From Takakia lepidozioides (lineage: Eukaryota > Plantae > Bryophyta), in the NCBI GenBank assembly GCA_030704615.1, contig CM060733.1:38006001-38070000 (forward strand): a stretch of 64,000 nt of DNA. The letters run 5' to 3'. Below are positions 1-14,291 of the stretch, in pieces. The notes beneath the pieces are model-generated. The model ran no database searches. It had not been told where the DNA came from and saw only the letters and a list, made by a program, of their open reading frames with translations. Within the stretch, counting starts at the first letter, position 1. Every line of letters begins with the position of its first letter. A program made the position numbers and the translations under genes.

Positions 1-9
1 AAAACAACT

Positions 10-190
10 TCACATGATGCCAGCTCTGTGGTGGAGCATTTTCGACAGCCATTTTGGTTTCAATAAACCCTAACCACGTGCATACAAATACATCAGCATG
101 ACCAGACTTTGACTTCTTAAATAAACATCAGATGATGCCAGCTCTGTGGCTTGCCATTCGGACAGTCCTTCGGTCTCACTAAAGCATAAT
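10..190. repeat. Diverged direct duplication, period ~118 nt (intronic)
   Basis: atgatgccagctctgtgg...gacag occurs at ~14 and ~132. Confidence 0.5.
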
Positions 191-1104
191 GATGCATGTC
201 CGTTATAGAGTAAACAAGAAAGGGACAAAGACATCAGACAAGTCATGAATCAGAACAACTGACCAAAGAGCAATCTGGAGGCAGACAAAGTTACAGGGTT
301 ATCAAAGGCAAAAAGATCCAGGTGCGATCAGCACCCATTGGATCAGGCAACTGCATGGACAAGTTCAAGGAGCATTCTATGGACAATCTTCTGTTTTCTA
401 CCTCTTCATGAACAACATAATAATCGATCCTTGCAGATAGGTTTTAATTTTCAAAGGTCAATAAATGAGTCCTTTAATAACCAGCCAGGGGCATTGCAGC
501 CCTGCCTAGAGTGCAAGGCTCAAATGGAATGTTGTAAGAGTATGTGCAGCAAATACATTGGATTAAAGAGCTCACAATTGTGAGAATCAAATTAAACAAA
601 GACAGACATATATTGTTCTCTAGAATGCATCAGCTGCGTCCCAGGCATCTGTGATTTTGGATTGTGTTTACGATTTGGTGTGTGTGTGTGCGCGTGTGAG
701 AGAGTGAGAGAGAGTTGTTTAAGGAGGCAACTTCATGCCTGGCAGTAATCTACACTGAATTTTTTTTGCCTCATACAATGATGAGAATCTATTTTCCGTG
801 GAACTTTACAGAGTTTCCCGGTGCTTGCACTTGATTTACTTGGGAGATTTGAAGAACTTTCGGGCATCAATTCTGCCAGAGGAAAGAGAGAGCTGGACTG
901 CTACAGTAGTGAGAAGGAACTGCGGTGGATGGAGCCAGGAAGGGAGACCACTTAGCTGGTCCAACTAAATTGTGGAACAACAGTCATTGTATGCAAGAGG
1001 GACGACAGTTTTACAGAAAAAGAGATTTTGGAATGACCACTAGTCGACCAGAAAAATGAGTCGCTTTTAGTTTGTGACACTGGGAAGATGAGAGAAGGGA
1101 ATAC

Positions 1105-1525
1105 CTTCTTGAGGATCCTCCTTTTCAGGAAATTCCTTCTCCAGAACCTTATCAAACATCTCAGCAATGCTCCCTTCTCTGGAATTTGGGGCATGTGCTA
1201 TGGTCGAGTTTGTCCGGGTAACATTTAAATCTACCTCCTTCTTCTCCTCACTGAAGTCAACATAATCCAGTCTCTCCCCTGTTGCTTCGGCCATAAGCTT
1301 TGCCATCAGCAAAATTCCCAAGATACATATTGTGTACATACTAACCCATCGACTCCTTCGTGTATGTTGAGGAAAGGTGCTCTTGGTACATTCACATTGA
1401 CCTAAACTAGTTGATAAATCTGTGCTTCTCCAGTCACATTTGCCCAACCTCCTGGTCAGTTCATAGGCTGATGTCTCTTCCCCATTCAAGTCTGTGCCAT
1501 TGACGTTGCTTACCCTGTATTCCAT
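1105..1525 (-). CDS. KEA: First coding exon of a KEA4/5/6-type K+ efflux antiporter (rest of gene probably beyond window start)
   Basis: Hydrophobic segment followed by REGSIAEMFDKVLEKEFPEKE, resembling the KEA4-6 N-terminal motif (SFADMIDRALEKEF); GT donor at 1104; no further KEA exon recognised in 1-1100. Confidence 0.7.
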
Positions 1526-4500
1526 GGTAACTATTCCTCGGAGAGGGATGGCAGAGCCAGAGCACTTCTTGCTCCCTGTGTTATGAGAGCATTGATTCCC
1601 AGATCCGGCGATCTACTCCAACCAATAACCGACATGAATACCAGAGGGCCAGTTTGGAAATTCTAAAGACATCTAGCTTTTGCGTTGCAGTCCATCCTCA
1701 AAGAACAGAGTTTCTAGATGCTTCCCTGGGGTTGCCCCGATGAACATCGAGGACACACTCGCCATGAGTCCTGAACCCGACATTGAGTCTGTATCGCCAT
1801 GACATTAACTTCAAGCTATCCGACGTGACCATACTGGAGGTAATATTCTTGCCGTGCTTACAAGTCCATGGCTTCTCTTCTCTTCTCTTCTTCTTGGATA
1901 TGCACAGCCAGCAACTAAAAGTCCACTCGTTTAAGCTCCTGTACCTGTCCCCAGATATGAGATTGGACACTTCTTTCACCGGACGCTTTTCCTCACTTTA
2001 AAAAGCGCACATTTACAGAGAAGACGAGAGACAGTCGGCAAGAATAGCAGCAGGGCAATGCAGGCTTGCGAGAGGGAAGACATGGCCACGCTCTCATCAA
2101 GCTTCCATGTGAGAAGCCTTGGATAGAACGAAAGGAAACAGACACAAGCTTCGCATGGTGACTGGTGAGGCTACAGAGACAATTGAAGGAAAAGGAACAA
2201 ACTCTGACATGGAGGCGGCTCCTCAAGAAGAATGCAAAGACACCACCGAGAGCGCAATCACAGCACTGCAATCATGTACAGAGCAAGAATGACAAGGACT
2301 CCATTATTAGCACAAGCCAAAATAAAAAAGCTATGGCGGATTGCAGCAACGCAACGACAGGAAGCCACCTCTTCTGTCGACGACGACGACCAACCTTGTC
2401 TCTAGTTGCTGCCTTCTTTCAGCGTTCCCGCGTTCTCATTCAGCCCGTCTTGTGCGCGTCACGTTCCCTAAAACCTTCCCCGGTAGTTCCCGAATGTTCC
2501 CACAAAACCGTCCGTACATTGTTTTGTCGTGACCCAGATTCCCAAAGGCTTTCCCTCAACGTTCGCAACACGTTCCCCAATCGCCTCCTCTGGCAGTGAA
2601 CCAAGGTTCCCAATGTGGGGTAACTAACTAACAGCATTTAGGAGGGCATTATTCTGTGTTAACGGGGACACCTACCCACTTGATTGGTGGAATGTCACAT
2701 CCATTTAGCTATTAATGTTTGTCCGTTGTTGTTGCAATTTTTATACTTTCACTAAGTAATGTGAGGAAGGGGGAGGCGGAGAAAGCGGAAAATTACAAAG
2801 ATTTCTTTCGGCTTTCGGTGGACAAGAGATCCAAAGAAAGTCAAGTTAGAGAGCCGTGCGATGGCCGACTACCTACCGAGCGCAGAAACAGACGTAGGAA
2901 ATAACTGAGTCAGGATGTGATGTGACATGACCTGCCTGGCCGCACAAAAATGCATTCCAACAAAATGGAAACATGTACACAAACACTGGCTTGAGCAAGG
3001 GCGCGTGCAAAGCGAGAAAGTGAACAACAATCATGGCATACATGATACATTCCCCACTCAGGCATTGGGTGGCTCGGACGGATGGCGCAATATTTGAAAT
3101 CCGACGTGGAACACAGATCATGCCATTGTTGGTGCCTAAATACTCGAGAGAATGTGTTTTTGCTGGTTGGGGCATCCCACTGGCTTTGAAACCCCACTTC
3201 GGTCTAGGTATGCATCAAAGTTTCTGTTCATTTATGTGTACATGTTCCAGAAATTGGAGGGCCCGGAGGACTTGAAATTAAAAAATATCTATATTTTATT
3301 TATTTTTTGGGGAAAAGGTGGCCCTGACTTATAATACTATTCTCTTGGTGAATCCTTTTGAGTCAAGTTGGCAAGGCAAAGCCTCCCTCAAAAAACAAAA
3401 AAGGAAAACAGAGGCTGCTGCAACGAAGTTGAGCCGGGCCTTTCCCATATATAAATTAAAATGCTATTATACTATAACTGTTATTTGCTCTTTTGGCCTC
3501 GTAATCAAAACTAGTGTAGGAAGCGTAAATTAAAGTGTCTCTTCATCCCCAAAGAGGCCTGTTAACCCTTGAGATTGAAGAGGCCACCATCATCTTGCGG
3601 TGGAGTGAAATATCAAGCCATAGCTGTTGTGCGTTGCTGGCGACAATTAAATCAAATTTCATACATCTAACTTCTTCAATTGTTGTGTCTTTCGGAAATA
3701 GCATAGAGCATCATAGCATTACAATTGCCAATGTTGATACCATTGTGAGTAAAATTTGTTGCATTTTAACATGGATAACAAGGCGTGTGATACACAGAGG
3801 CCCTGCCATTGTTTTACTATATTGATAAGTAATGTAACATGTGCCCAACTGGGAACTAAAAACTTTCATGTTCCGGTTAAGGTCAATTTGGTCAACTTGG
3901 TGCGTAGTCCCTACACTGTCGGGCAGGGCCAATAAACAACCGGTGAAAGAGCTTGCCAGTGAGACACTTTCTAGGTCGTGCATGTATATGATAGGTATAT
4001 CAATTTCTCTTTCAAAACATTTGTAGGAGTAAGACAAACGCAGTTCATAAGCGTAAAGCTCATTCCCTTCTCCATCTCTTTTGCGGTCACATTGTCACGA
4101 ATAATCGCATACCCCCAATCCTTTGACAATTGAAGTCGGCCAATCTGGACGGACTGTTGAGATGAAGTGGTAATGTAAGTAGCGTCTGCATGCAGGCCCC
4201 GCATGACGAATGCATGGCCCTGCCTAACTTATCGCCCCACACGGGGATTGCATGCCACACAAAAGTGACAGCTGCCTGTAAGGCCATTGAGCGACTCTAA
4301 GTATACTTGGGAGCATCGTAACACCCATCGAGCATCCTACTCTTCCCACTATCTCTACTCATTTTCACTACTAAATTATCTCGAGTCCGATGGTGAAGGT
4401 TCCCCATGTAACTTAATCAGCTTCACGAGCCCTGCCAGCGACTTGAATTCCTGGGAAATTTCCAATCTCTAGATGGTAAAGATGTAAAACTGTACATCTT

Positions 4501-5484
4501 TATTTACAGGAAACATGAGGTATTTGAACATATATAGAAAAACCCCCAAAACCTGGGAAAGAACAAGCTGAACTAAACTATTCAAACTTTTCAGTCATCC
4601 CAGCCTACTGAGACCGGGATTCTACTCTGGAGGGAAGCAGGAAACAAAATTGCCTACATTAGTCACGCTTGACCTGAGTAGGAGAAAGAAACTTGGAGTT
4701 GTCCAACAAACTAAATTCTTATGAGCACTACAAGAACCAAATAGCTGGAGGTGAATTTGTAAGAGATGCTGTTGAATTTTAACTGTAATTTTTCGAGAGG
4801 GTGCTTGCAATGGAGCTATTCGTTCTCACACAACCAAAAGACTAAATCATGCGAACTGGTAACGACAAATCTAGAGAGTTAAGCACAGACTTGAGCTCTT
4901 CAGAGTTGCCCAGCCCCCAGTCCTAGTTACACCACATGACGAAATTATGCGAGTAGCATGTACACAGATTCAAGCTCCCAAACACCGGATCATTGCCAAA
5001 ATCTGTATGTAACTTCAGTGTGCAAAACAAGAATATTCACGTAGACTTCACAAGTAAGATCACAGACTGCGCATTGCTGTTTTTATTTGGAGGTACAAAC
5101 TAACCCCACACCGTCCAGGAAACGAATCCTCTGCTCAAAATACCACTAAGACTCCACTGAGTTTCAAATTTGGAAGTATCATGTAGTACGAACTACATAT
5201 AATATACGAACCATACTCATATGCACTGATGCCTGCCAGCATAAAGAACAAGTCCCCACTGCCGGTCTTCACAACAAGTCCTGTAAAGATTGAACCATCC
5301 AGACATGAAGCTCTCACCAGCAGCTGAATGACACACCGCAGGCGAGATTTTGCATCTGTTCATTGCACCATGTTGATCTCCACGTTTGATCCGGGCAATT
5401 AAGTCATAAAGTAAGAAAGCTCTATAGAGCATAGACGTAATCTGATGTCTAGAGATCCCAGCCGATTACCGAGATCAATTCCTT

Positions 5485-5775
5485 TTACAGCCCACAGCAG
5501 CAAGGACCATGGCAAGGCCACGTACACGCCCAACATGCAACAAAGATCGCCGCAAATGTGTTGGCAACCCTGTGCCTCTTCTTTCTCTGAGGATCGTCAT
5601 TAGCATATCCGGGGCCATAGCCTTGTCCAAACTGGCCTTGTTGCGGGTAATTATACCCCTGGAAGCCTCCTTTGTTTACGTACTGCGGTTGTTGGACATA
5701 CTCAGACCCTCCTGCTCCAACCCCTCCGTCAACATTCGTATCAGCACCTTGTACTGGGTATCCCTCGGCGGCCAT
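5485..5775 (-). CDS. CYSTM-like peptide (96 aa): G/Y/P/Q-rich N-terminus, Cys-rich C-terminal TM
   Basis: MAAEGYPVQ...YPQQGQFGQGYGPGY...basic patch RKKRHR then FAAIFVACWACTWPCHGPCCCGL*; ATG at 5775. Confidence 0.7.
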   Translation of the reverse strand: MAAEGYPVQGADTNVDGGVGAGGSEYVQQPQYVNKGGFQGYNYPQQGQFGQGYGPGYANDDPQRKKRHRVANTFAAIFVACWACTWPCHGPCCCGL

Positions 5776-5810
5776 CTTTCCCTGTCTCTGAGTCATCCTC
5801 TCCTGCTCTC

Positions 5811-6070
5811 TCAGCAAAGATCCAAACGTGAAATCTTTACTTTGCGATGAATCTCCCTCTCCCCTCAACCGCAATTCCTGCTGCAAAATCCTATCTTTCC
5901 TCACAGCGTATCCCTCTCTGTGATGCAGACCTCCCCTCTGAGCAAAGATCCAGATGTGAATTCTGTACTTTGCGGTGAATCTACCTCTCTCCTCAACCGT
6001 GATGCCTGCTGCAAAATTCTATCTTTTGCAGCGTATCTCTCTCTGTGCAGACCTCCCCTATGAGCAGATC
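5811..6070. repeat. Tandem duplication, ~128-nt unit, ~2 copies, upstream of the CYSTM-like gene
   Basis: agcaaagatcca...ctttgcg.tgaatct...cctgctgcaaaat...gcagacctcccct repeated at ~5813 and ~5941. Confidence 0.8.
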
Positions 6071-7427
6071 TATATCATGAAACCTTCACAAATCCTCTAA
6101 TTATATGCGCCCCTCCAGCCTACCAACCTCCGCGTGAATGATCCAGGAACACAGAGCGACCGACCTCCACAATCGTGCCAGATTACTCCAAGCAGATGAC
6201 ATGTAACAATCCACCTGTGTGGAGCATCCACGCCTCCGCAGCCAGGCCAACGCACACACCCAGAAGACGCAGCGAAGCTTCTCTCTCTCTCTCTCGGGCG
6301 GCGGGGTCTCGTCCAACCGACGATAACATCCGTCCCGACGAAATCGAATCCTCGTTCGTCCTTCTCGCCAGCGGGTTCCGGCACGCGTGAGAGATCTGGA
6401 CCGTCCAAATTAGCCGGAAGTGGGCCGGTGAACTAATCGCAGTTAGTGCGGCGGCAGCTTGATGACCGTTGACGACCACGTGTACTGGTCCGTACTCGCA
6501 TCTTCAGCAAAATTAACGACCCACAGATATTTGAATTAATTCGCCGTCGGCAGTCCTTAAAGCCCCCGAAAACAAATTCGAGTTGCACCATCCATTATTT
6601 GATTTTTTATTCTTATTTCTGTGAAGGCCTTTGTGCCGTCCATCTTTTCGGTCTTAACGGCGGAGATTCTCCGGGGTCCGTACGCTTGTATGGCGATAAT
6701 TAATTTAATCAGATAAGAATGTTTTTTTCGGGAAGCGCGGGCAGATGCCCAGAAAGGGAAACGGGCAGCAAAGCTCCTCCTTTTGACAAACGCGAGAAGA
6801 GACGAGCGAGTCAGCAGACAGCAGCAGCTTGACTGGACTGGACTGGACTTGAGAGAGATTCTGGAAGAGCTGCTGTTGGAATGGAGCTGTTGCGATCGCT
6901 GTTGCGATCGCTGTTGCACAGACACATTTGTTAAGCTTTGAGCTGACGCACGGGTTGCTTGCAGGGAACGAAGAGTTTGAGAGAGGGATTGGAAAGAGTT
7001 TTGTGTGTTGTGGTTGCTTCTAGGATGGTGCTGTGGGGGATGAAGATGGCGCATAAAATCATGGAGAGAGTGGAAAGAGTGGGGTCTTGTCAGATGGAGG
7101 GATATTGCTGAGCGGGATTTCTAACTCCAAGAATCCCGATCCCAGCTTAGCCCCAGCAGGATATGCCGTCAGCAGCGGGAGAAAGAGAAGACTGGAGTTT
7201 GAGAGAGCAAGGAAGCGGGGTGGGGAATGGAGAGGGGGAGATATCTGCCAGCAACATGTCAATGTCATGGTACAGATCTTCGAAATTGTGGCGCTGGAGC
7301 TGTCCAGGGAAAGTTGGTTAGTTGAGGTAGCGGAATCTCGCAAGACGTGGATGCTAAGGTCCCAATCCCATATGCAGGCGTCTTCTGAGCTCTTGTTGTT
7401 GAATTGAAGGATTCTCGTAGCCGGGAA

Positions 7428-10400
7428 ATGGCAGGGTTGATTCTTCTTTCCCCTGCATCGCCTCCGTCTTCCTCTCCGAGCTTTTGTTATTCGGGAGGGG
7501 GATGCATCAGCGATTATATTGCAGTCGCTCTCACTGCTGCGGTCGCATTCATGTCAGTCCCTCTCCCAGCCCAGTGTGTGTGCGAGCTAGTGTATAACGC
7601 GTTGGTAGAATTGGTCCTTTTATACATGGGGCAGAGCTTTTAGTTTCCTCCTCAGATTCTCACCTGATCATGAGGGGTCTTATCCTGGGGATTTCGCAAG
7701 CACGGCGAGGCACCTGAGCAATGGAAAAACTGTCGGACGCTGCATTTCCTCATGATCGTTCTTCTGATTTCACAGAGTGGTGTTTTTCGGTGATGTTGTA
7801 CCATTTTCAAATGCAGTGTATTCGACAGCTCTTTGACCCTCCAGCCCGTTACAAACCGAGCTGTAGTGGGTAATTGTGCCCTTGTCAATGACAGTAAGGT
7901 CTAAAAGGAATACCAATCGTTTCGATTGTCTCTCTGACAACAAGACTGGGAATTAAGTCAGAATGCTTAATCCAGTGATACAACACTTCAACATTTGGTA
8001 GACTACCAGTGTGGCTAACTGACCTGGTTCAACTAAAATCACCAGGCCTGTTATCCTCTAACTCAAAAGTCGGGTGTGGTTCCTTTCGATCTTTCAAAGG
8101 TCCCCGGTTATGTCCTATTCTAATGAAAACAAGGTCGCATTTGTTTGCGGAAGTCTCCATCAGTAGTGCCCAACACTTGGGGGGACGTCAACTGCTGGCC
8201 GCACATCAGTCAATCAATCGTGACTTGCCCTGGCTTTGTTGAAAGTCCTACGACCTGTGGGTGAAGGCACTTAAACAAGAGTGAGGAGGCTGTGAGAGAA
8301 AGTAGGAGAGACTGACTGCCATGTAATGTGGATACATGCCTCTGTGCATCGCTTGAACCGGGAGAGTGAACGAAATAAGCTTTCTGACATCCACAACAAA
8401 CCCAAAGAAAGCTGGGGTGGGACAACAGGGTGGAACAAATTAGAGAGAGACTCTTGTGATGTCCACAAATTGCTGTGTTGCAGGATAATTGCAGGCACAA
8501 TCCTTTTGATAACAAAAAGTGGAGTGCCAGAGATCAAAGCGAAGCAGATTGAGCTGTTGGTGACTCAGTCAATTGGCAGCCTCGTGTGGCTGACTTCTCT
8601 TTTGGCATGTCTACCAAACCATGCTTCACTCTTCCATGTTCTCCAATTTGTTTGGATCCCTCCTTCAGCTAGTTTGATACCCACTCTTTGACTGCTGGCC
8701 TGTACAGTTTGATACCTCCACTCATACAGTGGTGGTGCCCCAGGATTTGTAATCGCAATGTCATCCTTGCAGGTGCTACATTAGTCAAGGTGATCATCGG
8801 TGCGAAACCTACCTCTGTTGCATTGACGAATAGGGAGCAAAGTAGTGAAGAGAAACTGCATATGGGGAAGTGATGGATGGAGAACTGGCTGTACGCAGAT
8901 GACCAGGAATATATTGAAGCTTCCGCAGAGGAAATCTTTCTGGGACTCATGCAACCTTTGGCAAAGTGAGCCTCTTTATATCTCTGGATGTCATTAAGGC
9001 TCATTCTAATTTCTTCCTGTTTTTCTCTATCAGGCAGCTAACTTGCATGAGGCCTTAACACTTTGGGCAAGGCTTGCAGTCTACACTGCTATAAAGTCCT
9101 TTCTGTGGAAGTCCCTTCCTCCCTTTCCTCTCAACTTTGTATCGTATCTTTGTATGCTACTCAGAATTATGTTGATGGTTGCAAATAGCTAAAGGGATGG
9201 TACGAATGGGATGTTGGTGGCTGTGGAGGAGCTATTGCAGTTCAGTATAGGCATCCTCATCACACACAGTCTCTCTTCTGTTTCCATTTATATCTCTCTT
9301 CCCCCAGTTGGACACGAGTTTATAATTTTGTCAAATAGCTGGCTGATATTGTTTGTGCCTTTCTGATGTGAAGTATGGTTGGAAGGCCCATTTGGGTTTG
9401 GGTTGTTGATGAGCTGTTATATAGCTCGGGCATTCAGGCTCTATCACGTGTTTGTGGGGTAACTCTTCCTTCATGACTACACATTTCTGGCATAGATTTG
9501 TTATTTGTGGTCACTAAAATGATTAGACGCACAATCTAATAGCTGGTATGAATTGCATTCATTCATTGAGGGACACTCTCAGAGCTCAGAATCTTGTAGG
9601 TTGAAGAAAACATGAACAGATAGAAGTCAGGTTTCTGGTCACATGGATGACAAGTTAAGTGAAGTCCCACTTCCCTCTCTTTACCCCCTATCTGGCTCTT
9701 GCCACCCGCCTCTGAGAATCAGACAATGATCGCCTTCTCTCTTTGCATGTGAACAGTGCTGTACCTGGCAGGGTGATGGGTAAGGGGAAGAAAAGGGAGA
9801 GCATAACAGTCATGTTGTAATAGCTTCTATTGTGTTCCTGATTACAGGAGGCGGTTACCCCCCATTCGCTCTGTTCGACTCGTGCCTTTCCTTCTCATGC
9901 CATGGATTATCGTAGCTGCAAGTAAGTTGTGTATCAATCATTATGTGTGAACAATGACTTAAAATGTCCTGCATGAGTTAGGTGGATCAAGCCTGTGTGT
10001 GACAAATTTGACCTGTTAAACTCAGATCCAAGCTGGGCTCCATTGTATCTTCTGTCACAATATCACTCCATCCCCTTCTGAAAAATGACCTTGTTGTAAC
10101 TGGGACAGTCTTACAGGGGCTGAAACCGTTTGCGACGGCAAATGAATGCAAAGCTCCACTGTACATATGGGTAGTGATTGGTTCCATGCATATTCTCTAT
10201 TCCCTGTCACTCATTGTGCACACCTGGCTGATTCGGAACATCCGATTCGAGTTCAACGAGTTCATTGAGCTTCTGACGGGTGTGAGCATTGGCCTCATTT
10301 TTCTTGGTAATCTTCCACTCAACTGTTAAATGTGGTAGACAGATGAGGCCTTGTTATGAGTGTTGTTTCAACGGAGACATGTCCCTGCTCCTTAATCACA

Positions 10401-13108
10401 CTGTGTTGCCGTTTAAGAGTCATTATTGTGGAGATGATCCTATTTACATTTAAACGAAGGTGGCAAACTTTCCATGCTGCTGTGTTAAGATACCTGGTCA
10501 CATGTCCTACCTATTAATTTTCCTTGTAACTTGGAGCATCGGAGATGCAAGCTCATCTATTGTGGTTGAGAGTATTTCCGGAGTTCCATCTTAAATGTGT
10601 GATCTAATTTCGCTTTTGGAGGGGGATGATAGCTATATGGAGCATAATTTATATTGTCAAGCACGTCGAGAGTAAAACTCATGTAACAATGGAAGTCGTC
10701 GCACGGTTTTCGCTTGTCATTTTGGTTAGTCTCTGGAAACCTACTTCTCTACTACGTGTTGATATTGTCAGAAGTTCGATGAAGCTGAAACCACTGTCAA
10801 GCCAAGATGCTGTTATGTGGGAGACATAACTCGAATGAATAGATGAGAGACGAGACGTAAACATAGGTCAAATTGACAACTCAAGGAAAAAGCCTTATTT
10901 TTAACCCTGCTGTAATGTAGTGGTCTCTAACTTTTGAACTCTTCCCGCATTCAAGTTTCCTTTTGTGCAGTCCTCCATTCTCATCTGTGGAACTCAGCTA
11001 TCTGCTCCGCAAATACAAATGACCTGTACAATTAGTGAGTGGAGAGATGATTTGAAGTTGTGGTTTGGCTTCTGGGATTGGACAGGCAGATGTGGTTGCG
11101 ATGTGCTTCTTTTGGGTACCTGTTGCGCGGCCTCTATGGGCTTACACAACTCGAGAACGAGTTCTTAGGGGGGGCGTCTTTGATCTAGACAATGACTATA
11201 GCATGGGTCAAGCTCTTGGAGTTCCAAAGAGTGGCCTGCTGGCGCCCCCTGCCATGCGATTCAGCTTTGATGAGCCACTTGAGAGCTTACTTCAACATAA
11301 GCGATTTCGCCTCTCGTTTCTTGCATTTGCTGAAAGGTTTGGTCATCTATTTTTGTTAAGAACAGTAATGAATTTGTACAGTCGTCCATACATGAGCATG
11401 CTGGAAGGGCAAGAAGGTTTCAATTATGTGGAAGATGTACTCACTGTAGCGTTTCAGCCGTAGACTCTTCCAATCTGGGTACCCAATTGTTCTTAGTTAA
11501 GAGTAAGACAAGTGACTATGCCCATGTTTGTTATGCCTTTGAGCATTGGGGGTCGACTTTGTGGACTCATTCCACCCAATCTCTGTTCAGTCGAATGGCA
11601 GGAGAAACAGTCCATTTTTATGATGAAGTGCGGGAGCTGAACAAGCTGCCAGCTAGCAACCCAGACAGGCGGGTATACATGGCGGATCATATCATAAATA
11701 GATACATCATGTTTGGTATGTTCTCCCTTCAATGACATTGAGTTTCTATTTGCTCAATTTGACCCTGTCATCAGCTGATGTGCACTTTGGTGGATTTGTT
11801 GGGTTCATCTTCATGCCTTCACTTCACTTTCTACCATTTTGGGGGCCAATTAGTGGAGGATGTGCTATTTCTACAGGATCGCCTTGTGAAATAAACATCT
11901 CTTACCCAATGAGGTCAGCAATTCTCAATACCAAGGACTTGGCCAGCCAGAATTTGTTCAAGCAAGCAGCAGATGAGGCAGTCAACATGATGCAGATGGT
12001 GGGTAGACAGACCATTTGTGCCCTGGGGTTTTCTTAATCTATGAGGAAATAGTAGTTTTCAGTCCACGTCTCTAGCCTTAGTGCTGTGTAGTGAAGGGAC
12101 AAATGTTCACACTTGTGGATGCTTGCATATGATTAGTAGATGCTGATGAGACCAACCCCATCTTAGCCATTGTGAAGAAGAGTGACTCACACCGTGGTAG
12201 ACCTCCAGATTTCGTATTGTACCTGTCAATTTACCTTAAGGCTAGGGAGACTTAAGAATGAACTGTGGCTGCAATTTGCAGAATCTGTTGAAGGAGTATT
12301 GGCAGTCATCATATTTCTTAAAGCTGAAGGAAGAGATCGATGCGGAGGCTGAATACAGCGCTCAGCTAGAACGAATGAGCATACGGGACATCCCTCTTCG
12401 ACAAATCAAGGGTTCTCCTTATGACTTTGTGGGGTCTGACGACCCGTTTGACCAGACTCAACCCAATAGCCTACCCCCTAGTGGCCCCCTTCACTATAAA
12501 GTCGCTGAAGCTGGTGTACCCAGGGGAAATTCTTCTTTGGCTAGTTATGGGAATGTTCCCCCATGGGAGGTCGAAGTGGACAATCTATATACACCCCTCC
12601 CGCTCTCACCACCGCCAGCCAACCAGCTTCAAAAGGTAGTCCCTCACTCTTCAGACACCTCGCTTCTGTGTGTATGATTCCTATTTGTGAAGGATTTGCC
12701 AACTTGTTCAAGTTATCACCCTACTAAATCGTAGGGCCCCGCAGTGCTTTTGAAAATCTTGTCTTCCTCAGGAAATAAGTCGTGGGTCAGGTTCTTTCTT
12801 CTAATGCTGCATCCATTGTAAGTTTTATTTCCTAATCCTAAGGTCTATCTGTTTCATATTCTTGTCAGGCCACACTCTCTGCTGCAGAAGTAGAATTGGA
12901 TTCCTGCCAATCTGATGGACCTTCACAGAACCTGCAAACAGCTGCCATCAACGGGAGTGGTCAACCTCATGTATCTCTTTGTCAGCCATCTGCAACTACT
13001 GATCCCCTAGATCGAGAGCAGAGGAGTAACAGCAAATCTGCTGCCATCACAGATAATCTGAACCCCTTCCACACAATGGCCATCTCCAAGGAATCACATA
13101 TACCATGA
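7428..13108 (+). CDS. RGS1: 7TM-RGS, regulator of G-protein signalling 1 (about 12 exons)
   Basis: Exons give [11 protein letters not shown] (~7500), [14 protein letters not shown] (~9375), RRLPP (~9850), IRFEFNE (~10240), [29 protein letters not shown] (~11200), [20 protein letters not shown] (~11600), EINISYPMR (~11890), [18 protein letters not shown] (~12290), collinear with Arabidopsis RGS1 as I recall it; last exon 12869-13108. Junctions in 8600-9370 uncertain. Confidence 0.93.
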
Positions 13109-14291
13109 GTGAAGTTCCACTGTTCCGAACATCGCACTTACATTATTGGGCTGAGATACAGGCTCTTTGATATCAGATATTCGGATTTTTGCCTGGGAGT
13201 TCCAACTCTGGCGGCGAGTGTAAATTAGGTTGCATGCTGTGTTTAGTTCATGAGAGGGATTAATTATTTTGATACTACATTGATTTCTAGAGTCTTTATG
13301 CCTCGACAATGTTTTGTCCTCTCGCATGCTAACTTCGAAAATACCAGGCAGTCAGCCTGCCAAACGCCAACATCCCACCTAGAGCATGAGCATGTTGCTT
13401 GTGTTTTGTGTAATATGTGAAGCATCAAATGAGCTCCACAACAGCCACTTTTGTTTCATCTTTGCCTCCCAAGGTCTGCTTCAACATCAATAGCAGTGGT
13501 TGCTTGGCTGGTTTGGCTGGCTGGCTCATTCACTGGATTCATTGGCTTTCACCAATAATTTGATTTTCTTGAGCATAGCTTGCTTCATGGTCATCCTCAA
13601 AGGCCTCAAGTTCTTCCAGCGTTTCTTAACATTAATGCTAGATATTGTCCAGCAGTGATGTACACAAGTCTGTCCTTCGCAGGGCAATTCCATCTTATGT
13701 ATATGACAAGAACCAGAATCGCCCAGGTCGAAACAGAAGCACTGAGCAATCTAACATTAATTGTTGTAAAATCTCTTAAGAACCCAGCAAAACCATTTAT
13801 GTTTGAGTCTGTCCTGCAGACTGAAGGTCGCAGACACAAAATAGCATCTTTGTGGATTTGTTGAGGACAAACAGCTTGGTCACGAACACCTACATCATAG
13901 GATGTTGTGTTGTTGCCCACACCCGCTGCTTGTTTACTGTGTGCCACCAATAGGCCCGTGATCTCCAGCCCGTGAATTTGTGCGTGGGGTGTCCTCGCGT
14001 CTTCTGAAGATGCATGCAGAGTGGTAGGCTGCATAAATGTGCTGGACATTGAACTGACCTAGTATAACCTTACCTGTTTTTTAGTTCATGTTCTTGTTTG
14101 ATGCAGCGGCAGGCAACAATGCACTATCTTACAATCAGGTGGATTTTTTTTCCTGAATGTAAACAGCCACCAACAGTGGCAAGTTAGTATCACAGATGCG
14201 ATCTGTTCCATGCTATTCCCATGGAACAAGATGAAGCTGTGAGTTACAAGTTCCAAACAAAGGGTTAGGCCTCATTCATTGGCCACTCCAG

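Noticed and set aside
2850-2885. gagccgtgcgatgg resembling group II intron domain V
   Set aside because: The 3' arm of domain V and domain VI are missing; too short to support.
3420-3450. Helitron-like 3' hairpin (caac-gaa-gttg..ccgggc)
   Set aside because: No terminal CTRR and no identifiable 5' end.
3535-4480. Overlapping short ORFs, possible decayed gene
   Set aside because: No recognisable motif or consistent frame.
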